Translations under genes and position numbers: made by a program
The notes under the pieces: generated by a model
Told to the model about the DNA's origin: nothing
Database searches by the model: none
The model's input: the letters and a program-made list of their open reading frames with translations, nothing else
Assembly: GCA_045539875.1 (NCBI GenBank)
Contig: JAZQGF010000005.1
Coordinates: forward strand, 46,341-110,340
Direction of reading: 5' to 3'
DNA length: 64,000 nucleotides
Source of the DNA: Acutalibacteraceae bacterium
GTDB taxonomy: Bacteria; Bacillota; Clostridia; Oscillospirales; Acutalibacteraceae
Shown here: positions 49,321 through 59,305 of the stretch, one piece after another
Layout of the letters: each line of letters opens with the position of its first letter
Position numbering within the stretch: the first letter of the stretch is position 1

Positions 49321-50099
49321 CCAACGAAGAACTCTGCGTTCTTGCACAGAGCGATGATGAAAACGCAAAATGCAAGTTGCTGAAAAACGTTGAAAAATAC
49401 ATCTGGAAAATCGCAAACGATCAGGCTGAAGCATATAAAGATTACGGCATAGAATCCGAAGAGCTTTTTCAGGAAGGAGTCGTCGGAGTGCTCAGAGCAA
49501 TTCCGGGATTCGACCCCGAACGCGGAACAAAATTTCTTACCTACGCCACATATTGGATTGTAAAACATATCAATCTTTTCATCGAAACAACAGACTGCAA
49601 CAAGACAATAAAAAACAAAGAAACCGATGAAGAATACCCTGTCACCTTCACAAGCTTTGATGATGATACAGATGATTACGACGGCGAAACCAATGCCGAA
49701 TATATCGAACGGACTCTCTTTGAACGTAAAGCGGATATCTACCGCAACACTCCTGAAAACGTGTTTTTCAAAGAGAAAAAATACAGCATCGTCAACGAAG
49801 CAACAGCTCTCCTGAGCGAAAGACAGTGGCAATATATTTCCTACCGTTTCGGTATCGAAGACAATATTTATCATTCAAGAAAAGAGACTGCAACCCACTT
49901 CAATTTATCCGAATCCCGCGCAAAAAATCTTGAGAAACAAGCTCTGAAAACTATCAGAACTCATTTCGAATCACAGTGGAAATATATCAATAACTATGTT
50001 CCGCCCGATGAAAAAGAAAAGGAATGGCTCATAATTTTTTGCAGCAAATATGATGACATACTTAAATACAAAAATGCAAAATGTTTGTTTCACGGTTGA
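49317..50099 (+). CDS. Sigma-70 family sigma factor-like protein
   Basis: ELFQEG..FDPERGTKFLTYATYWI (region 2); LSERQ..RFG..EKQAL (region 4). Confidence 0.85.
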   Translation: MTNEELCVLAQSDDENAKCKLLKNVEKYIWKIANDQAEAYKDYGIESEELFQEGVVGVLRAIPGFDPERGTKFLTYATYWIVKHINLFIETTDCNKTIKNKETDEEYPVTFTSFDDDTDDYDGETNAEYIERTLFERKADIYRNTPENVFFKEKKYSIVNEATALLSERQWQYISYRFGIEDNIYHSRKETATHFNLSESRAKNLEKQALKTIRTHFESQWKYINNYVPPDEKEKEWLIIFCSKYDDILKYKNAKCLFHG

Positions 50100-50166
50100 A
50101 ACTGTTGTTTTCTTCTATCAAGCTGTAAAGAAAAATAAGCGACGGATTTCTCCGCCGCTTGTTTGC

Positions 50167-51093
50167 TTATTTTTCAATTTTGTTTTTAATTTCTTCAGCA
50201 CGTTTTTCTGCTATATCAGCCTCAACATCATAACCTCTGCTGCGGTAGATATCCGCCATTTTCATGCATTCATTATAAGCCTTTTCATATTCTCTCATTT
50301 CTTCATACAGACCGACCTTGCAATCCATTTCATCGCAGAAGTATGTTCCGATTTCGCCTGCTCTGTTGTAGTATCCCTGTGCCTCATCATATTTTTTGAG
50401 TTCCTTTGCGATGTCACCGCCGTGAATATACATCCGCCAATCATCGGGGAATTTTTTGATTGCATCTCTGAAAAGATTATAGGCATCATCAAATTTTTCT
50501 GCCCAGATAAGAGCAATCAGGAGGTTGTCTGTTTCTCTCGGATTACCGGGATTTGATTTTACTTTTTCTCGGAGTTCGGAAATAATTTCATCTTCTTTTT
50601 TCAGAAGAAAGAACATCCATATTCTCTGCATGCAGGCGAGCTGATAATTTTCGGGGTCATCATTCGGGTCATCGCTGACCGCTTTGTCATACCACTCAAT
50701 CGCAATGTCTCTGCAATAATTCATCATATACATATGAATCCACGCGTAGAGCCATTTATCCTCAGTTGAAAGCTCACCGTTTTTCATAAGCTTTTCGTAT
50801 TCGATACGGCAACGCATAAAGTCCTCAGGGTCACGGGATTTCTCATAAACAGAAGCCAAACGCTGTGCGTAGTTATCGTAAGCAACGGTGCTCTTTTTGT
50901 AGAAATCATCAACAGTTACTTCATAGAGCCTTGCAAGTTCGGGCAAAGTCAGAACGTCGGGCAAAGTTGTTCCGCACTCCCAGCGTGAAACCGTCTGAGA
51001 ATTAACATTCAGTTTTTCTGCAACCTGCTCCTGAGTGAAGCCTTTTGCAAGACGAAATTTTTTGAGATTGTCGCTGAAAATATTGTTCATCAT
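50167..51093 (-). CDS. XRE HTH + TPR regulator
   Basis: N-terminal HTH (TQEQVA..VSRWE) and C-terminal TPR-like helices. Confidence 0.8.
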   Translation of the reverse strand: MMNNIFSDNLKKFRLAKGFTQEQVAEKLNVNSQTVSRWECGTTLPDVLTLPELARLYEVTVDDFYKKSTVAYDNYAQRLASVYEKSRDPEDFMRCRIEYEKLMKNGELSTEDKWLYAWIHMYMMNYCRDIAIEWYDKAVSDDPNDDPENYQLACMQRIWMFFLLKKEDEIISELREKVKSNPGNPRETDNLLIALIWAEKFDDAYNLFRDAIKKFPDDWRMYIHGGDIAKELKKYDEAQGYYNRAGEIGTYFCDEMDCKVGLYEEMREYEKAYNECMKMADIYRSRGYDVEADIAEKRAEEIKNKIEK

Positions 51094-51423
51094 TTTCACC
51101 TTTTTCAATTTTTTCTCGAAGCTTCTGTTGTGATTATATCACGTAAAAATCAATTTGATAAGGTCTTATTTTGTGAACAGACTCTCAAATTCTGTGTAGT
51201 CGATTCAAGCGTTTTTTCGCTGCGGCAGGGATTTTTCAATAAGGGCATCGCCCGTCATTCAACAATCGACCAACGGTCGTTGTTATATACCGTTTGTTCC
51301 TTTTCCGAGCAATCAGAAAAACAAATTTTTCTGTTCTTCCCTGAATTTATCTGCCTGCTCTGCACCGATGAAAAGTCTGATGTCATGTAAGGCGACAGAC
51401 ATCCTTTTCACCGCCGACGGAAC

Positions 51424-51468
51424 AAAGGTATAACACACTAGACTTTGCGTGCCGCAAAATCGTGTGCC
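51424..51468 (-). other. MOBV-type oriT (RSA-like)
   Basis: Minus strand GGCACACGATTTTGCGGCACGCAAAGTCTAGTGTGTTATACC resembles the pMV158 oriT AAAGTATAGTGTG/TTATAC. Confidence 0.8.
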
Positions 51469-51754
51469 AAAAGGAGATTTTCTCCCTTTGGATACCCACT
51501 TGTGCCGATTGCTGTGTATATACAAATTGAATTTTTGGGTAAAAGGGTACCCATAAAATTCAACCGCACACACAAAAATTTTACAAAAACAAATTTGCAA
51601 AATTCAATCGTCACCTTAATTTTTCGCAAGCACAAAATCCCCCTATTCACAAATTTTTTGCAACAATATTCCCTTGCTCAAAATGAAAAAAGTCCGAAAA
51701 ATTTCTCACACATTCGGAGAATTTCTTCGGACTTTTATTATGCGAAGAGTTTTT

Positions 51755-52288
51755 CTAAACGACACGGAATGTCAGCATTTCATCAATGTCAACATTTTCA
51801 ATTTCGCATTCGACACCGCCACGCAAAAACGCTTTTAAACGGAAAAACTCCATACAACCGTTAACATAATCTACCAGCATTTTTGAGCGTCGCTTGTAGC
51901 CGTATTCTTTTAATAATGTTCTGAGCTTTATTCTCACATAATCCTTTGAACCGTCAACAACAATTCGGATTCTCATGTTTTTAAAAAACAAATCCAAGCC
52001 TGAAAAATCACTTGTGTAGTTGTCTTTTTCTAAGTTGCTTCCCAAATCAAACATGTCTTTTTGTATTGAAGGGAATTCAGCATCAATTGTTGTTTTATTG
52101 TAGAAATAATGTGTCCAATAGTATGTATCAAGAATAAGTTTTCGAAAATTATTTCTGTACTGCGGAGCAAGATAATCATTATCTTTTTCCCAAACAGCTT
52201 CAAGAAACTTCGCGATTTCTTTTTCGGTGAGTTCTCTGGCACTAACCAAAATTGCAAGGTCGAGTGCAGAATAATATAATTCATCCAT
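51755..52288 (-). CDS. Hypothetical protein coupled to helicase-HNH
   Basis: 177 aa; start overlaps the helicase stop (TAATG). Confidence 0.75.
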   Translation of the reverse strand: MDELYYSALDLAILVSARELTEKEIAKFLEAVWEKDNDYLAPQYRNNFRKLILDTYYWTHYFYNKTTIDAEFPSIQKDMFDLGSNLEKDNYTSDFSGLDLFFKNMRIRIVVDGSKDYVRIKLRTLLKEYGYKRRSKMLVDYVNGCMEFFRLKAFLRGGVECEIENVDIDEMLTFRVV

Positions 52289-54552
52289 TACTTGTCACCC
52301 TTTGTTCCGTTGCACTGGCGGCAAAGAATCTGTAAGTTTTCAGGTACACTCTTTCCGCCATTATTCATAGGTGTGATATGGTCAACCTGGAACCACACTT
52401 TTGATTTATCTGCCATACCGCAAATAGCACAGCAGTATTCACCGTTTTCATTTTTTGATTTTTCGAATGCCTGATCACGAAGTTCTTTTTCAAGTTCAGG
52501 TTTATATTTTCCGATTTCACTGAGAGGCAAATCTTCCAATGCTCTGGTACCGAATTTCACGTCGGGACCTGCATCTTCATAAATACCGGAATGAGAAATT
52601 TTGGTTCGTTCAATATCTAATTGACGGATAAAATAAAGTTTACGCCCGAAGAAAAGACGAAGAAGGTTTTCGTCTCCCGAGTCCCACATCGAATCGATAT
52701 ATTCTGCTCTTTTTCTCTCACCCATATCTTCGTCCCAAATATGCTGAGCAATCTTTGAAATATCAAGTTTGTTTCTGTCGATATCCTCATAGGTATAGAA
52801 TTTCGGAGCTTCACCATTCTGAGCGTAATATTTGAGTATGTTTATAACATCTTTTCTTTCGTATGAAGGAATCATTTCTCCGCAGAAAAAGGAATCATGG
52901 CACTGTTTTTCCATTTCGTCGAGAATATCATCGGACAGATATTCTTCTTCTGTTGCTTCAAAGCTTTCAAACAATGCAGGAAGAGAATCCATAAGATTTC
53001 TGTAAGCTTCGGCAGTGCTGTCATATACCATAACACTGTATGCCGAGTCTACACCGCTTTTTTCTATATGTATAAACGCATATTTTCCTATGGGGATTCT
53101 TTGAATAAACGGAATTTTTTCGATAGCCGATGTATCAACGCAGTCATCAAGAAGTGAAGCGAATTCCTCTATTTTTGATATTGAAATAAGTCTCAGTTCC
53201 CTCTTGATTCTTTCAGGAGAATTATCAACAAAATCGTTGTCTTCACCGAAAATGCTTTCGGGAGAAACCCATGAAATGTTTTCGTTCCATCTGTCAACAA
53301 AAGATACTATATATGCTTCCGCCGTACCGCCTGCAGCTTCACCTCTGAGTGCTCTGCCGACCATCTGAGTCATAAGAACTTTTGATACGGTGGGTCTTGC
53401 AAGAAAAACGGTTTTTGTTTGAGGCAGATCAATTCCTTCGGTGAGGATATTAACATTTACGAGTACCTGTAATCTTCCTGCACGGTAATCCTCAATTTTT
53501 CTTTCGTTATCCTCATTGCTGATTGTTACACCTGTCACATGGTCTTTGACTGACGACACTATATAATCCGCTTTAATTCCTGCTTTTTTAAACTGTGCTG
53601 CAAGTTGGAAAGCATGGGGGACATTAACTGCAAAAACAATTGTCTGACCGTATTTATCCTGATTCTTACGGTATCTTTCAACAATAAGTTTATTTCGGCC
53701 TGCATTTTCTGCCATCTGACCCGCAATATCCTCGGGAATAGAGTCGAAATTCTGAATGCTTCTTACAGCATCAATGCCAAGGTATTCTCCGAAGTTTTCA
53801 TCGGTACGGCATTCATCAAAATTGGGATGCGAAAGAATCTGTTTGTTAATCAATTCAGTTAAATTGACAGAATATGCAATGCCGATATCATTATGAACAA
53901 CCTGACCGTCCTTGATTCCGTCGGTATATATTTTTGCAAGAAGACCTTGCTCGGATTCGGACGTGCGGAACGGTGTAGCTGTAAGTCCGATAAGCTTAAC
54001 GCAAGGTACTTTTGATTTTACATATTCAATTACCTTGCGATATGTTTTTGCTGTTGAATGATGCGCCTCATCAACAATCAGATAAATCTCATCTTCGCCT
54101 GCAAGCCAACTGTCAAGACGGTTAAGGTTTCTGCCTATACTGTCTTTGCTGACAATAAGCAAATTGTCTTTGGGCTTTATGTCACTTGTTCTGTCGTGAC
54201 TCGATGAGCCTGAAACAATTCGAAATGCAAAAGACGAAATGTGAGGAACAACTTCTGCATAGGCATATTTCTGGAATGATTCAGCAGCCTGTTCCAACAA
54301 CATCTGTCTGTGTGCAATCCAAAGTATTTTCTTGCCTTTGTCGATTGCGTTTTTCAAAAGCCACAATGAAGCTGTATATGTTTTTCCGCCACCGGTAGGA
54401 AGCACAACAAGTGTGCTGTATGATTTGGATTTATTCATCAGGTCAAGGTGTTCCATAGCCTTTCTCTGATGTTCATAAGGTGTTCTTGTATTTGAACCTT
54501 TACCGGGACAGATTTCGCCAAAAGATTTTACCGAAATTTGTTCGTTAAGCAT
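52288..54552 (-). CDS. SF2 DEAH helicase (ResIII-like) with C-terminal HNH nuclease
   Basis: PTGGGKT, DEAHH, TAT, QMVGRALR; CAIC..DHI..N..LC..CN. Confidence 0.9.
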   Translation of the reverse strand: MLNEQISVKSFGEICPGKGSNTRTPYEHQRKAMEHLDLMNKSKSYSTLVVLPTGGGKTYTASLWLLKNAIDKGKKILWIAHRQMLLEQAAESFQKYAYAEVVPHISSFAFRIVSGSSSHDRTSDIKPKDNLLIVSKDSIGRNLNRLDSWLAGEDEIYLIVDEAHHSTAKTYRKVIEYVKSKVPCVKLIGLTATPFRTSESEQGLLAKIYTDGIKDGQVVHNDIGIAYSVNLTELINKQILSHPNFDECRTDENFGEYLGIDAVRSIQNFDSIPEDIAGQMAENAGRNKLIVERYRKNQDKYGQTIVFAVNVPHAFQLAAQFKKAGIKADYIVSSVKDHVTGVTISNEDNERKIEDYRAGRLQVLVNVNILTEGIDLPQTKTVFLARPTVSKVLMTQMVGRALRGEAAGGTAEAYIVSFVDRWNENISWVSPESIFGEDNDFVDNSPERIKRELRLISISKIEEFASLLDDCVDTSAIEKIPFIQRIPIGKYAFIHIEKSGVDSAYSVMVYDSTAEAYRNLMDSLPALFESFEATEEEYLSDDILDEMEKQCHDSFFCGEMIPSYERKDVINILKYYAQNGEAPKFYTYEDIDRNKLDISKIAQHIWDEDMGERKRAEYIDSMWDSGDENLLRLFFGRKLYFIRQLDIERTKISHSGIYEDAGPDVKFGTRALEDLPLSEIGKYKPELEKELRDQAFEKSKNENGEYCCAICGMADKSKVWFQVDHITPMNNGGKSVPENLQILCRQCNGTKGDK

Positions 54553-54916
54553 TTTAATACAACCGCCTTTCAGCTTTGTTTTCTACATTATATCACAGAT
54601 TACTGTCCCAAAAAACTCCCTTTGACAAGTTTTTTGATAAATTTTCATATTTTTATCAAAGTCCTTTTTATGGTACATATCAAATATTACAATTAAATCA
54701 TCAATTAAAACATCTCCTCATTTACCACTCTCTTTCACTTAAATGAAGCCGCAGGAACCGACACTACCTGCGGCTTCATTCCTTCCGTAACGATTTTGTT
54801 TTATTATGATTGTTGCATTATTTGTTGAAAAAAATAAAACTATATGATAATATATATTTAATTATATTTTAAAGTGGGTAAATATTTTATAAAAGCTGAA
54901 AGGGAGGAATTACTTT

Positions 54917-55654
54917 ATGGTTACGCTTGAAGAATTATCTTCGTGGATAAAAGAAAACACTTCATTAAGCGACAGTTCAATTTATAAGTATTCCCGAGCA
55001 GTTAACACCATTTCAAAAGAAATGGTTGCAAAAGGTATTCTTCCCGTCAGCTTGTTTGAGTTGTCATCACTTCAACTTGATTTATATATTCCGATTATTT
55101 TTGATAATCCCGATTTCAAAGAAAAGAACAACACAGGAAACAATATGTACAGCAACGCACTCAAACAGTTCCGTATGTTTAGGACTGCAAACCCCGATGT
55201 AGTAACAAAACAACATGAAATTGAAAAAGCAATACCCAATTATGCAAATCTTAACGAAACTGAAAAAACCGCAATAATAAAATCCAGAGTCGGACAAGGT
55301 TTATTCAGAAAAAGACTGATGGAAAAATACAACGGTATGTGTATTATTACCGGTGTTTCAACAAAAAAACTTCTCATAGCAAGTCACATTAAACCCTGGG
55401 CTGCAAGCAACAACTATGAGCGCTTAAGTGAAGAAAACGGACTTCTGTTAACTCCGACATATGATAAATTATTCGATTATGGTTTGATTACATTTTCAAA
55501 TCTCGGCAACATAATAATTTCTCCGCAACTTTCATCTGAAGAAATTTCAAGATTGAAAATTTCTTCAGATATCGAATATGATTTGAAGGTTTCGGCAACA
55601 ATGCGAGAGCATTTAGATTATCACAGAGATAAAATTTTCGTAAGGTCAAGATAA
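54917..55654 (+). CDS. HNH endonuclease (putative restriction endonuclease)
   Basis: RVGQGLFR..CIITG..ASHIKPW..NGLLL..DKLFD.G. Confidence 0.88.
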   Translation: MVTLEELSSWIKENTSLSDSSIYKYSRAVNTISKEMVAKGILPVSLFELSSLQLDLYIPIIFDNPDFKEKNNTGNNMYSNALKQFRMFRTANPDVVTKQHEIEKAIPNYANLNETEKTAIIKSRVGQGLFRKRLMEKYNGMCIITGVSTKKLLIASHIKPWAASNNYERLSEENGLLLTPTYDKLFDYGLITFSNLGNIIISPQLSSEEISRLKISSDIEYDLKVSATMREHLDYHRDKIFVRSR

Positions 55655-55678
55655 ATTGTTTATAAGGAGAAATCCGCC

Positions 55679-57103
55679 TTGGACAGACATACTCCCGAGC
55701 AGCGTCGCAGAAATATGCAGGCTGTAAAGAATAAAGACTCCAAAATTGAAATAGCACTTCGAAAGGAACTGTGGGCAAGAGGCTTACGGTATCGTAAGAA
55801 TGCAAAAAATGTTTTCGGTAAACCCGATATCGCTTTCATCGGCAAGAAGGTTGCGGTATTCTGCGACAGCGAATTTTGGCACGGATATAATTGGGAAGAA
55901 AGAAAAGCGGATTTTAAATCCAACCAAGATTTTTGGATCCCGAAAATAGAACGCAATATTCAGAGAGATAAAGAAGTTACCGAAAAGCTTGAAGCTGACG
56001 GTTGGACCGTTCTGCGCTTTTGGGGCAAAGAGATAAAGAAAAATCCCGGCAAATGTGCCGACAGAATAGAAAAGGCGGTCAAAGGAAATATGCCTAACTA
56101 TAAATCCATAGATTTGTTTGCCGGTATCGGCGGTATCCGTTTGGGATTCGACAGAGCCTTCGGTAAAAATATCGAAACCGTTTTTGTCAGCGAATGGGAC
56201 GAAAATGCACAAAAAACATACAAAGCTAATTTCAGCGATAATTTTGAAATTGCCGGAGACATCACCGTATTTGACGAAAAAGATGTTCCAGAATTCGATA
56301 TCTGCCTCGCAGGTTTCCCTTGTCAGGCATTCAGTATGGCAGGTCAGAGAAAAGGTTTTGAGGACAACTACAAAGGTCTTTGCAGAGGTAACTTGTTCCT
56401 TGATGTTGCAAGAATCTGTGAACATCATAAGCCAAAAGTTATTTTCTGTGAAAACGTAAAAGGCCTTGTCATTCATGACAAGGGTCGCACATTCAAAATC
56501 ATATGTGATACTTTCAGACAGCTCGGTTACACCGTTCATCATCAAATTCTTAACAGTAAGGATTTCGGTGTGCCTCAGAACAGAGAAAGAATTTATATTG
56601 TCGCATTCAGAGATGATATAGATTCAACTTGGTTCAGATTCCCGCAACCCACAAATCCCGATACCGTTCTCAAAGATATTATGGAAGAAAACCCCGTTCC
56701 GGCAAAATATTATTTGAGTGAAACATATCTTCAGACACTTATAAACCATAAAGCTCGTCATGCTGCAAAAGGCAACGGTTTCGGTTATGAGGTCAGAGGT
56801 TGGGAAGATATTGCCGGTGCAATTGTGTGTGGCGGTATGGGCAGAGAGAGAAATCTTGTAATCGACAACAGACAGACCGATCTTACACCTACAACACATA
56901 TTAAGGGCGAAATCAACAAAGATGGTATCAGAAAAATGACACCGAGAGAGTGGGCAAGACTTCAAGGCTTCCCCGATGATTTTGTTCTTCCTCTTGCCGA
57001 TACACATCTTTACAATCAGTTCGGCAACAGCGTAACCGTTAATGTTATTGAAGCCATAGCTAAAAAAATAAAAGAGGTGTTGGACAATGATAACGGGAAA
57101 TAA
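55679..57103 (+). CDS. Vsr endonuclease fused to C5-cytosine methyltransferase (M.HpaII-like)
   Basis: Vsr part: RRNMQA..GKPDI..DSEFWHG..GWTVLRFW. Methyltransferase part: FAGIGG, GFPCQ, ENV, Q.RER, and target-recognition region GNGFGYE..GGMGRERNLVID. Confidence 0.9.
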   Translation: MDRHTPEQRRRNMQAVKNKDSKIEIALRKELWARGLRYRKNAKNVFGKPDIAFIGKKVAVFCDSEFWHGYNWEERKADFKSNQDFWIPKIERNIQRDKEVTEKLEADGWTVLRFWGKEIKKNPGKCADRIEKAVKGNMPNYKSIDLFAGIGGIRLGFDRAFGKNIETVFVSEWDENAQKTYKANFSDNFEIAGDITVFDEKDVPEFDICLAGFPCQAFSMAGQRKGFEDNYKGLCRGNLFLDVARICEHHKPKVIFCENVKGLVIHDKGRTFKIICDTFRQLGYTVHHQILNSKDFGVPQNRERIYIVAFRDDIDSTWFRFPQPTNPDTVLKDIMEENPVPAKYYLSETYLQTLINHKARHAAKGNGFGYEVRGWEDIAGAIVCGGMGRERNLVIDNRQTDLTPTTHIKGEINKDGIRKMTPREWARLQGFPDDFVLPLADTHLYNQFGNSVTVNVIEAIAKKIKEVLDNDNGK

Positions 57104-58160
57104 AGGCGAATGGAGCGAAGCATATGTGCTTCTTCGTTTGCTTGCTCAAGGTAGAATTTATGCCGCAAATGAAAATCTCGAGCAAATCGATGATATGTAT
57201 TTCCCTATTCTGAAAATACTTCGTGAAGAAATAAAAAATAATAAATACGAATATACGGTTGATTCGCAGGACAGAAAAATTGACATTTATTTCAACAACA
57301 ATCTTGTTAAATCATATCCGCAGAATCAGTTTTGTAAAGAAGCTGATTATCTTTATGATAAGATTACCGAAGGCGGCAACCGTGCTTTTGCTATAGAGCA
57401 GAGCGAAGAATTTCTCAAAGAAATCGGTTGCGGCAGACTTGCTGCACCCTCAAGCGACAAAACGGATATCACGATGCAGATTCACGACATTCAAACAGGA
57501 TATTCTCCCGTTTGCGGTTTCAGCATCAAATCCGAAATAGGCAATGCACCCACGCTTATTAACGCAACGGGTGCAACAAACTTTGTTTATGAAATCGAAG
57601 GTCTTGATGACGAGCAAATTGATTCTATCAATGCAATCGACACAAAAACAAAAATCCGAGACAGAATGAATCGAATTTTCGGTGAAGCATCTTCGGTTAA
57701 GTTTGTTAAAGTGAATAGTGATACTTTCGCAAACAACCTTATGCTTATCGACAGCCGTTTGCACGAAATTGTTGCCGAATCACTTGTTGTTCATTACAGA
57801 GACGGTTTCGGCAAATGCCGTGAAGTTGTCAATGCTCTTGAAGAAACAAATCCGCTCGGATTCCCTGCAAGCGGTTTCTATGAGTATAAATTCAAAGAAC
57901 TGCTTTGCTGTGCGGCTCTCGGTATGACTCCCGCAACCGTTTGGGACGGTCATGATGAAGCTAACGGCGGATATATTGTTGTAACTTCTGCAGGCAACGT
58001 ACTTGCTTATCACATTTACAACAGAGATTTCTTCAAAGAATATCTGATGAACAACACAAAGTATGAAAGAGGTTCAACAACCAGACATGGTTTTGCTTCT
58101 CTCTACAAAGAAAATGGTAAAACATATCTTAAGCTTAATTTACAGATAAGATTTATATGA
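57087..58160 (+). CDS. HpaII-family type II restriction endonuclease
   Basis: GNKGEWSE N-terminus, GFSIKS..TL.NA, KLNLQIRF C-terminus. Confidence 0.85.
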   Translation: MITGNKGEWSEAYVLLRLLAQGRIYAANENLEQIDDMYFPILKILREEIKNNKYEYTVDSQDRKIDIYFNNNLVKSYPQNQFCKEADYLYDKITEGGNRAFAIEQSEEFLKEIGCGRLAAPSSDKTDITMQIHDIQTGYSPVCGFSIKSEIGNAPTLINATGATNFVYEIEGLDDEQIDSINAIDTKTKIRDRMNRIFGEASSVKFVKVNSDTFANNLMLIDSRLHEIVAESLVVHYRDGFGKCREVVNALEETNPLGFPASGFYEYKFKELLCCAALGMTPATVWDGHDEANGGYIVVTSAGNVLAYHIYNRDFFKEYLMNNTKYERGSTTRHGFASLYKENGKTYLKLNLQIRFI

Positions 58161-58267
58161 AAATCGGAAGTTTATTTGCAGGTATAGGCGGTATAGATTT
58201 AGGTTTTATACAAGCAGGTTTTGATGTTGCTTGGGCAAATGAAATTGACACAGATACCAGAAAATAA
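58157..58267 (+). pseudogene. Truncated C5-methyltransferase stub (motifs I-II)
   Basis: MKIGSLFAGIGGIDLGFIQAGFDVAWANEIDTDTRK then stop; ATGA overlap with the endonuclease gene. Confidence 0.8.
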
Positions 58268-58285
58268 TAAAAAGGGATAGGTTGC

Positions 58286-59284
58286 ATGATAACATATACT
58301 AATGCAGAAAAAGTTTTACAAGGATTTACATTTATAGATTTGTTTTGTGGTATAGGCGGATTTCATTCAGCACTTTCATCTTTAGGAGGAAGATGTGTTT
58401 TTGCATCAGATATAGATAAAAATGCAAAAATTGTTTACGAAGATAATTATGGTATAAAGCCTCAAGATGATATAACCAAGATAGCTGTCGAAGATATCCC
58501 TCAACACGATATCATTTGTGCGGGATTTCCTTGTCAACCATTTAGCATATCAGGAAATCAAAAAGGATTTGACGATCCGAGAGGAAAGTTGTTTTTTAAT
58601 GTTGTAGAAATTGCCAACTATCATAAACCCAAAGTTATTTTCTTGGAGAATGTAAAAAATTTTGAAAAACATGACGATGGTAAGACATTAAAGCGTGCTA
58701 AAGGCGAATTACAAAGAATCGGATATACGGTTTATTCAAAGGTGTTATGTGCGTCTGATTACGGTGTTCCGCAAGCGAGAAAGAGAATATATATCGTTGC
58801 TTTTAGAAATGATATTGATTCAAGCAAGTTTTCTTTTCCAACACCTTTTGATAATTATAGAGTGTTGCAAGATATTTTAATTGATGATTCTTTAAATACA
58901 GTACAAGGGTCATATTTTATAGAAAGAGAACAGGAGTTTATAGAAAAAGTTCCTGATTATCGCTCGAACGAACTTGTTCGTATTGGCAAAATCGGATTAG
59001 GACGCCAGGGAGAAAGAATTTATTCTATTTTAGGTGTATCAACCACATTGTCTTCTCAAGGTGGTGGTCTTGGCGGCAAAACGGGCATGTATTTAGTTAA
59101 TGGCAAGGTTAGAAAATTATATCCCAGAGAATGTGCACGTTTAATGGGTTTTCCAGACACATTTAAATTAGCATTATCTCAAGAACAAAATTACAAACAG
59201 TTTGGTAATAGTGTTGTTGTAGAAGTAATTCAACTGATTGCTAAAGAGATCGCAAAATATTTACCGAAAAATCATGTTAAATAA
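58286..59284 (+). CDS. C5-cytosine methyltransferase (M.HhaI-like)
   Basis: FCGIGG, GFPCQPFS, ENV; target-recognition region QGERIYS..TLS..GGG..KTG.YLVNGK.RKL.PRECAR. Confidence 0.92.
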   Translation: MITYTNAEKVLQGFTFIDLFCGIGGFHSALSSLGGRCVFASDIDKNAKIVYEDNYGIKPQDDITKIAVEDIPQHDIICAGFPCQPFSISGNQKGFDDPRGKLFFNVVEIANYHKPKVIFLENVKNFEKHDDGKTLKRAKGELQRIGYTVYSKVLCASDYGVPQARKRIYIVAFRNDIDSSKFSFPTPFDNYRVLQDILIDDSLNTVQGSYFIEREQEFIEKVPDYRSNELVRIGKIGLGRQGERIYSILGVSTTLSSQGGGLGGKTGMYLVNGKVRKLYPRECARLMGFPDTFKLALSQEQNYKQFGNSVVVEVIQLIAKEIAKYLPKNHVK

Positions 59285-59305
59285 AATAAGGAGAAGAATA
59301 ATAAA

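Noticed and set aside
55784-56545. 253-aa minus-strand ORF, and similar ones at 40635-41294 and 49245-49874
   Set aside because: Antisense to well-supported genes, with no independent evidence.
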